Positions 57,833 to 64,000 of a stretch of 64,000 nt of DNA are shown here, in pieces. A program made the position numbers and the translations under genes. Position 1 is the stretch's first letter; each line of letters begins with the position of its first letter. This stretch comes from an uncultured Nitrospirales bacterium (lineage in GTDB: Bacteria > Hydrogenedentota > Hydrogenedentia > Hydrogenedentales > GCA-2746185), in contig CAZUJL010000011.1 of NCBI GenBank assembly GCA_964620045.1, positions 31,477-95,476 on the forward strand, in the 5' to 3' direction. Under the pieces are notes generated by a model, which searched no databases, was not told the origin of the DNA, and worked only from the letters and a program-made list of their open reading frames with translations.

Positions 57833-59931
57833 AAGGCTGTGAAATGACGTCGAAATTCTACAATTTATTGGCGAAAACCCTCGTTTTTGGCTTGGCGCTG
57901 GCGGCCACCTTCTCGGCCTCCGCCCAGATCGCGCGCCACGAATTGCTGCGCATGATGCGGAGCGACAATGCGAAGGAGCGCGCCCTCGCGCGTCAGCTTC
58001 TGCCGCGCGAAGGCGTCGATGTTGTCGAGGACGTGCTGCCCGCGCTCGCCGACGGCAACGAGGCTGTGTGGCGCACGGCGTCGAACATCCTCAGCGATAT
58101 CGGCAACGAAGTCTCCGCGCCCGGCTTCGAAGCCAATCGGCGCCACTACTCGGATCTGCTGCTTGCGCGCCTTGCCGCTAAACCGGAAGCGGCCGAAGTT
58201 ACGCGCCTGCTCAACATCGTTCCGTTTGCACTGCCCGAAGGCACCGATGTCGCGCCCGTCGCCGCGTATCTGGCCGATCCCGCGTTGCGCTTCAACGCCC
58301 GCAATGCGTTGCAGCTTGCGGCCACAACAGAGTCCAAGACCGCCTTGCGCACGGCGCTGAAGGGTGCCGACGGCACCTTTGCGCTCGCGCTCATCGACAC
58401 GCTCGACAAGCTCCGCGATGCCGCCGCCCGCGAGCAATTGACCGCCCGCATGCGCGATCGCGACCCGGCCATTCGCGCCGCCGCCGCGCGCGCCCTGGCG
58501 TGGACGGGAGATACGAGCCTCGTTCCCGCGTACCGCGAGATCATCAAGAACGCCACGCCCGAAACGCAGATTGAAGCCGGCAACGCCATCTTGCTGCTGG
58601 CGGATGCCGTGGTGGTGCGCGGCGGCCAATACGATTTCGCCATGGAGATTTATCGCTGGGCGCTGCAGAACCTGGACGGCCTGGTGCTCAAGGGCGCCGC
58701 CATGGCCAGCATGGGGCGTTACGGCGATGACCGCGTCGTGCCCTGGATTCTGGATGCCGCCGCGGCCGCTCCCTCTGGCACGCTCGATCATGGCGCCCTG
58801 GAGGCCTTTGCTGCCTTGAAAGGCGACACCTGCGCGCACGTACTCGTGGCAAACCATGAAGCTTCGCTGAAGCAGTTCGGGCCTTCGATTTACGGTGCGT
58901 ACGGCCGCCGGCCTGAAGAAATTTTCTTATCGCTGCTGCTCGACGCGGTCAACAGCGATGACGCCTACACGCGCCACGTCGTTACGCTGGCGCTGCTCGA
59001 TACGGACCGTCCGCAGGCGATTCAGGTGGTCGCGCAGCGCGGCGTAGGTCTCGAAGGCGAACCCCGCGCGATTCTCATCGACACCCTCGAACTCAAGGCC
59101 GCCAAATACCGCCGGGCGAACAACGCCGCGGCCGCCGGCGCTGCGTATGCCGGCCTCTATCGTCTCGCGACGACCGACGAAGACCGCCATTTTGCGCTGG
59201 ACGGCATGATGCGGTATCCCTCCGAGGAAGCCTTCACGCTGGTGAAAGACCTCATTGGCCAGGACCAGCTCAAGGACCTGTCCGTGCCCTTCCTGGCCGG
59301 CATTGCGCGTGCGCTCTACGCGGCCAATCGCCCCGAGGACGCAGGCCGCATTCTTGACTCCGTCGTGCCGCGCATCGTCACCAGTGCCGACATGCAGGCC
59401 TTCATGGGCGCCGTGCAGGGTGGCGGACCGGAACTCGCCCGTGCGCTTGGCTTCATCACGAAGTGGCAGGTGATCGGCCCCTTCCCGTGGTCGATGGCCG
59501 ATGCGTTTTCGGCAAATCCCATCGGCGCGCCGGACGTCGATCTTGGTAAGACGTACTCCGTATCCAAAGGCGATCCGCGCGCGTGGAAGGCTGCGGAAGC
59601 CGGCGGCGCGAACGCCATCGTCGATCTGACTGGGCTCTTTGGTATGCAGTCCAATGCCGCGGCCTACGCTTACGCCGAGATCAACGCCGCAGAGGCGACG
59701 CCCATTGTGCTGCGCGCCGGTAGCGACGACGGCATCAAGATTTGGGTCAACGGCACCGTGGCCCACGAGCACAACATCGATCGCGGCCTTGCCGTCGATC
59801 AGGATCAAGCCAACGCCGGGTTGGTTGTCGGAAAGAATCGTATCCTCGTCGAGATTACGCAGGGCGGCGGCGGTTGGAATTTCTGCCTGCGGCTGACCTA
59901 TCCGGATGGTCGCCCCTACTCGGCGAAGTGA
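57826..59931 (+). CDS. Secreted HEAT/PBS-lyase-repeat protein with a C-terminal beta-sandwich (lectin/GH-like) domain
   Basis: Signal peptide, repeated DPAIRAAAARALA-type HEAT units, and a C-terminal WQVIGPFP...IKIWVNG domain. Confidence 0.5.
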   Translation, partial: SVEGCEMTSKFYNLLAKTLVFGLALAATFSASAQIARHELLRMMRSDNAKERALARQLLPREGVDVVEDVLPALADGNEAVWRTASNILSDIGNEVSAPGFEANRRHYSDLLLARLAAKPEAAEVTRLLNIVPFALPEGTDVAPVAAYLADPALRFNARNALQLAATTESKTALRTALKGADGTFALALIDTLDKLRDAAAREQLTARMRDRDPAIRAAAARALAWTGDTSLVPAYREIIKNATPETQIEAGNAILLLADAVVVRGGQYDFAMEIYRWALQNLDGLVLKGAAMASMGRYGDDRVVPWILDAAAAAPSGTLDHGALEAFAALKGDTCAHVLVANHEASLKQFGPSIYGAYGRRPEEIFLSLLLDAVNSDDAYTRHVVTLALLDTDRPQAIQVVAQRGVGLEGEPRAILIDTLELKAAKYRRANNAAAAGAAYAGLYRLATTDEDRHFALDGMMRYPSEEAFTLVKDLIGQDQLKDLSVPFLAGIARALYAANRPEDAGRILDSVVPRIVTSADMQAFMGAVQGGGPELARALGFITKWQVIGPFPWSMADAFSANPIGAPDVDLGKTYSVSKGDPRAWKAAEAGGANAIVDLTGLFGMQSNAAAYAYAEINAAEATPIVLRAGSDDGIKIWVNGTVAHEHNIDRGLAVDQDQANAGLVVGKNRILVEITQGGGGWNFCLRLTYPDGRPYSAK

Positions 59932-59938
59932 AGTGGAC

Positions 59939-61084
59939 TCAGGTTGCCATCACTTCTAGAAAGACTTTCTTAAAGGTCTCCATCTCGTCCGGCGTGCCGA
60001 TCGAGATGCGCGCGTGCGTCGGCCACGAAGACCACGGCCGGCCGATGTATACGTCGCGTGCGGCCATGCGCGCGATGACGTCCTGCGCCGGCCGGTGGGT
60101 GTCGACCATCATTTTATTGCTCTGATTCAGCGCAAACGTGTAGCCGTTTTTCGTGAAAAAGTCCTGCAAATCCTTACGCCGCTCGTCGTATAGCGCTTTG
60201 CGCTCCGGCACCACCGTCGAGTCGGCCAGCATCGTGCGCGCCGCTGCCATGGCCGGCGCCGGCATCGCGCCCGCCTGCATGCCGCGCATGGGCGTCACCT
60301 TGTCCGGCGACCCGATTGCAAAACCCGCGCGCAGCCCCGCCATGCCGTAAATCTTGGAGAAGGTCCGCAGCACGACCACGTTGCGCCCGTCACGCACATA
60401 CGCTGTGCCGCGGGGCTCATCGGTAAAGTGGATATACGCCTCGTCCAAAATCACAGTTACATCGCTTGGACAGTTTTCTATTATATATTTCACGTCGGCA
60501 TCCGGCACCACGGTCCCGGTCGGATTGTTCGGATTGCAGAGATAAATCGCGCCCGCGCCTGTAGCTGCTTTCACCATGCTCTGCACGTCCTGCCGGCCGT
60601 CTTTGGCGAGCGGTACGCGCGTGACCGGCGCGCCCATCCACCGTGCAGCACCCGCAGCCGACTCATATCCTGGGTCGGACGTAACGAGCCCGCGCGACGG
60701 AGACGTGTATGCGATGACCGCCTGGTGCAACGCGAGACTCGATCCCGGATAGACCAATATGCCGCGCGGATCCACGCCTTCCTGCTCGGCAAACAGGCCG
60801 ACGAGGTCGGAGGCTTCTTCGTAGTTGTAGCGTCCGCCATCACGCGCCACGGCCGTATATGCGTCCAGCGCCGCGGGCGTGATCCCCATCGGGTTTTCGT
60901 TCGCGTTGATCTTCACCGCGCCCGCCCCGAGCCGCCTTCCCAAGGCCGACGCCTGCGCCATCGCGGCTTCGTTGTAGAAGGAGAGCGTCGCCGCGCCCGC
61001 GCCGAGCAGGGTCGCGATCTTGAAGAAGTCCCGGCGCGAGTGGCCGAGTTTGATCAGGGTCTCCGCCGTCTGTTCGGTCAGCAT
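59939..61084 (-). CDS. Class I/II PLP-dependent aminotransferase (HisC-like) with an N-terminal Tat signal peptide
   Basis: SRRDFFKIATLLGAGAATL...AMA Tat signal, INANENPMG (HisC-type), and the PLP-binding Lys region TFSKIYGMAGLRAG. Confidence 0.7.
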   Translation of the reverse strand: MLTEQTAETLIKLGHSRRDFFKIATLLGAGAATLSFYNEAAMAQASALGRRLGAGAVKINANENPMGITPAALDAYTAVARDGGRYNYEEASDLVGLFAEQEGVDPRGILVYPGSSLALHQAVIAYTSPSRGLVTSDPGYESAAGAARWMGAPVTRVPLAKDGRQDVQSMVKAATGAGAIYLCNPNNPTGTVVPDADVKYIIENCPSDVTVILDEAYIHFTDEPRGTAYVRDGRNVVVLRTFSKIYGMAGLRAGFAIGSPDKVTPMRGMQAGAMPAPAMAAARTMLADSTVVPERKALYDERRKDLQDFFTKNGYTFALNQSNKMMVDTHRPAQDVIARMAARDVYIGRPWSSWPTHARISIGTPDEMETFKKVFLEVMAT

Positions 61085-61523
61085 CGCGAATCCTCCGAGG
61101 AAAAAGTATATCCCTATTTAGCAACGACGATGCCACGAAATTTTCACACGATCTACGCTAAAACGGGCTGTTTTTAAAATCCCCGCGTGCCTTGGTGCCA
61201 CGGAAGACACCCTCCCGTAAGTTTCGCACAGCGAGCTACCGCCGGGTAGAAAAAGCGCACGCGGCCGATCTGGAGTTTGTTGAAATTAGAGCTATATAAG
61301 CATAATAGTATTTATGTATAGCTCGAAAATCGGCGATTTTTGGCGGTCTGTCGCAAACGGGGGCAATATTTTGAGGAGTATCCTGCGTGGAAGTGGCGCC
61401 TTACGTGAATAACTTGGGGATAACCGCACTTTTTGGTCGACGAATGGTGCTTGGGGCGCCAGGTAGGGCTAGTTATAGGGGCGATTCTCCCTATTTTGGC
61501 TGATTTGGGTCTGTGGTGCCATT

Positions 61524-61532
61524 TGTGGATAA
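61524..61532. promoter_or_regulatory. Perfect DnaA box TGTGGATAA in the 480-bp AT-rich non-coding region beside rsmG (a second box-like TGGGGATAA at 61415..61423)
   Basis: Exact consensus 9-mer read from the sequence; the region 61085..61563 has no convincing ORF and is AT-rich. Confidence 0.4.
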
Positions 61533-61563
61533 GTTGGGTGCTTCGATGGGTTCCACGTGGAAC

Positions 61564-62202
61564 CTAGCGGGTTAGTCTATAGAGCTTGCCACGGCGCAGC
61601 CCGCTGCCTTCGAAGGCATCATGCACCGGCACGCACTCCGTTACCCCATGCACGCCGGCTGTCGCAGCCTCTCGTTGCATCAAGTACACGTCTCCGGGCC
61701 GCAATTGCTTTATTAGTTCAGAGTCGAAGGCTTCAGGGCGTTCCACGGCTCGCGCGGTATAGATGCGGCCCTTCGGGGCGTCGAGTTGTAGGGGATATTG
61801 GCCTGCCACCACATGGCCCGAGGGCAGGTCGAGCGCCCTCAGCGCCTGGCGTAGATAGTCGGACTTCCGTTCGGAGCGTTCGACCAACCATACCGCCCGG
61901 TCCCCCAGCGCGACAGCGATTGGTAGGGCGGGGAATCCTCCTCCCGATCCGATATCGACATAGGCCAGATCTGGTCGGCCCTGGATCTCTGGACAGAGGG
62001 TCAGCGAATCGGCGATATGCTCGTCGAAGCGTTCACCGAGGTCGCCTTTGGACATCAACTTCGCGGCAAGGTTCCACGTGGAACATAGCCGATGGAAGAC
62101 CTCAATCCGCGCCAGGAAGGTATCGTGATCAATATCAATCCCGAGCGACAGGAGGACATTAAGGGCCTTGGTGGTTTGAGGAAAGCCATAGGAAGAAATC
62201 AT
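61564..62202 (-). CDS. rsmG: 16S rRNA (guanine527-N7)-methyltransferase RsmG (GidB)
   Basis: STWNLAAKLMS...DIGSGGGFPALPIAVAL SAM-binding motif; the start (ATG 62202 or TTG 62262) is uncertain. Confidence 0.75.
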   Translation of the reverse strand: MISSYGFPQTTKALNVLLSLGIDIDHDTFLARIEVFHRLCSTWNLAAKLMSKGDLGERFDEHIADSLTLCPEIQGRPDLAYVDIGSGGGFPALPIAVALGDRAVWLVERSERKSDYLRQALRALDLPSGHVVAGQYPLQLDAPKGRIYTARAVERPEAFDSELIKQLRPGDVYLMQREAATAGVHGVTECVPVHDAFEGSGLRRGKLYRLTR

Positions 62203-62300
62203 GGAAATTACTTGCGTTTTGGCCAATAAATTCGATACATTCGGCAAATCCTGTAAGAGCAACCCACAAGCCTAATCACGCACATCTTGGGAGATACCCC

Positions 62301-63530
62301 GTGAAATTCTTGGTCCTTTTGGGGGACGGCATGGCCGATTTCCCGCATCCGGATTTGGACAATAAGACCCCGCTTCAGTACTCGAAAACTCCCGCGATGG
62401 ATGCCGCCGCGCGGTCGGGCGTCTCCGGGTTGTTCTGTCCTATCGCTGACGGTCTGCCTGCCGGCAGTGACATTGGCAACCTGACCGTCTTCGGATACAA
62501 CCCCCGCGAGACCTTCACCGGCCGTGCTCCGTTGGAGGCCGCGAACCAGGGAATCGTGCCCACCGACAACGAACTAGTCTTCCGCTGCAATCTAGTGACG
62601 CTGGAAGACGGCAAAATGCGGGATTTCACGGCCGATCATATCACGAACGAAGAAGCGCGCGAGCTGATCGGGGCGATCAACGCCGCAATGGGCCGGCCCG
62701 GCCTGCGCTTCGCGCCCGGCGTGAGCTATCGCAACCTGTGCATCGTGGGCACGACGCCCTCCACGCGCGAGCCCTTGCGCACCCTGCGCTGCACCCCTCC
62801 GCATGATATTACAGGACAAAACTATGATACGCATTTACCCTCGGGTCCGCAGCAGGATGCGGTCCGCGCGCTGATGGAGGCCTCGCGGCCCGTTCTCGCG
62901 GATCACCCTGTAAATAAAGCTCGCCGCGCGGCCGGAAAGCTCCCGGCCACGAGCATTTGGCTCTGGGGCCAGGGCGGCGCGCCGCGGATCGCGCCCTACC
63001 GCGAACGCTTCGGGATCAGCGGAGCCGTCGTGTCCGCGGTCGATCTTGTCAACGGCATTGGCCATTGCGCCGGCTTTGAAGTCCTCCGCGTTCCGGGTAT
63101 CACGGGCTATCTCGACACCAACTACGAAGGCAAAGTCAGCGCCGCGCTGGATGCCTTCGATCGCCACGACTTTGTCTACCTCCACGTCGAAGCGCCAGAC
63201 GAAACAGCCCATCAGGGACGCCCGGATCTGAAGGTTCAGGCCATCGAAGACTTCGACAAGCGCGTCGTGGCCCCCTGCCTGGAAGCCGCCCGCCGCCGCG
63301 GCGACATCCGGATTCTCATTGCACCGGACCACATCACCTCGCTGGCCAGCCGCACCCATGCCGGCGGCCCTGTTCCTTTTGTTCTGTGCGGCCCCGGCAT
63401 CCGTCCCAACGGCCTGCGGTCGTACGACGAAGCCGAGGCCGCGCGCGCCGGCGTGTTGTACCCGGACGGCCACATGCTCGTGCCCGCCATGATTCGCGAG
63501 CAAGAGATCGCCTTCCCCCATGTGTCATAA
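62301..63530 (+). CDS. Cofactor-independent phosphoglycerate mutase, archaeal-type (ApgM family)
   Basis: MKFLVLLGDGMADFP at the N-terminus and the metalloenzyme-domain pattern; about 409 aa. Confidence 0.7.
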   Translation: MKFLVLLGDGMADFPHPDLDNKTPLQYSKTPAMDAAARSGVSGLFCPIADGLPAGSDIGNLTVFGYNPRETFTGRAPLEAANQGIVPTDNELVFRCNLVTLEDGKMRDFTADHITNEEARELIGAINAAMGRPGLRFAPGVSYRNLCIVGTTPSTREPLRTLRCTPPHDITGQNYDTHLPSGPQQDAVRALMEASRPVLADHPVNKARRAAGKLPATSIWLWGQGGAPRIAPYRERFGISGAVVSAVDLVNGIGHCAGFEVLRVPGITGYLDTNYEGKVSAALDAFDRHDFVYLHVEAPDETAHQGRPDLKVQAIEDFDKRVVAPCLEAARRRGDIRILIAPDHITSLASRTHAGGPVPFVLCGPGIRPNGLRSYDEAEAARAGVLYPDGHMLVPAMIREQEIAFPHVS

Positions 63531-63555
63531 TCGGCGGCCCTAAAGGAAGATTTTC

Positions 63556-64000
63556 GTGCAGCCCCAAGTGGTCGACATCTACGACGTCACCCTGCGTGAC
63601 GGCGCCCAAGGCCCCGGCATCAAGTTTTCGGCCGAGGACCAGCTCCGCGTTGTTAAGGCGCTCGACGATTTTGGGGCGAAATTTGTCGAAGGCGGCCAGC
63701 CGGGCTCGAATCCGAAAGCGGCCGAGTTCTTCGAACGCGCGCGCGACATGGACCTCAAGCATGTAAAGCTCGCGGCCTTCGGCAGCACGCGCCATTCCTC
63801 GCTCGCGCCCGAAGACGACGCGAACCTCGCCGCCTTGCTCAGCGCGCAGACGGACGTCGTCACGATCTTCGCCAAGTCCTCGCCCACGCATGTCCGCGAA
63901 GTATTGCGCGTGAGCCTCGATGAAAATTTGAAGATAGTAGAAGAGTCAGTTTCCTATCTCAGAGCAAATAAACGGCGTGTCTTCCTGGACGGAGAGCATT
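63556..64000 (+). CDS. Citramalate/2-isopropylmalate synthase family (CimA/LeuA-like), N-terminal fragment; GTG start, runs off the window
   Basis: IYDVTLRDGAQG HMGL-like motif; AGGAAGA RBS 6 nt before the GTG; no stop codon before the window ends. Confidence 0.65.
   Translation, partial: MQPQVVDIYDVTLRDGAQGPGIKFSAEDQLRVVKALDDFGAKFVEGGQPGSNPKAAEFFERARDMDLKHVKLAAFGSTRHSSLAPEDDANLAALLSAQTDVVTIFAKSSPTHVREVLRVSLDENLKIVEESVSYLRANKRRVFLDGEH

Noticed and set aside
1-64000. CRISPR arrays, rRNA genes, insertion sequences, integrases, restriction-modification or toxin-antitoxin modules
   Set aside because: No regularly spaced short repeats, no transposase or integrase-like ORFs, no rRNA-like conserved stretches and no recognisable defence-gene motifs were found on either strand.

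Overview
This 64 kb window is a high-GC (about 63-66%) bacterial chromosomal segment that appears to be cut mid-gene at both ends. The gene content points to a PVC-superphylum, probably Planctomycetota-like, organism. The supporting genes are two formylglycine-type sulfatases, two CxxCH cytochrome c domains of the planctomycete type, Tat-signal Gfo/Idh/MocA and DUF4838-like glycan enzymes, and a HEAT-repeat protein. Housekeeping genes are interspersed: smc, rny, dnaN, asd, trxA, ispE, rsmG, a cofactor-independent phosphoglycerate mutase, a citramalate/isopropylmalate synthase fragment, a ppiD-like chaperone, and three tRNAs (Arg-ACG, Ala-GGC, Ser-GGA). I found no CRISPR array, rRNA, integrase or transposase. 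The points most worth a second look are: (1) a translationally coupled pair of bacterial dynamin-like GTPases; (2) two paralogous cytochrome c / copper-monooxygenase-like fusion proteins; (3) a near-identical ~170 bp direct repeat that duplicates the 3' end of smc and brackets one of two diverged paralogous membrane-protein genes; (4) a lower-GC (~50-55%) block of about 7.8 kb directly downstream of tRNA-Ser encoding a GT-C glycosyltransferase, an SGNH hydrolase, an MBOAT acyltransferase and a fused membrane/spermidine-synthase-like protein; (5) a HisC-like aminotransferase with a Tat signal; (6) AT-rich non-coding regions carrying perfect DnaA boxes next to dnaN and next to rsmG, which are candidate oriC sites; and (7) a 16-bp palindrome GGTTCCACGTGGAACC that occurs twice around rsmG. 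All functional calls come from motif and family recognition by eye; no database search was possible.
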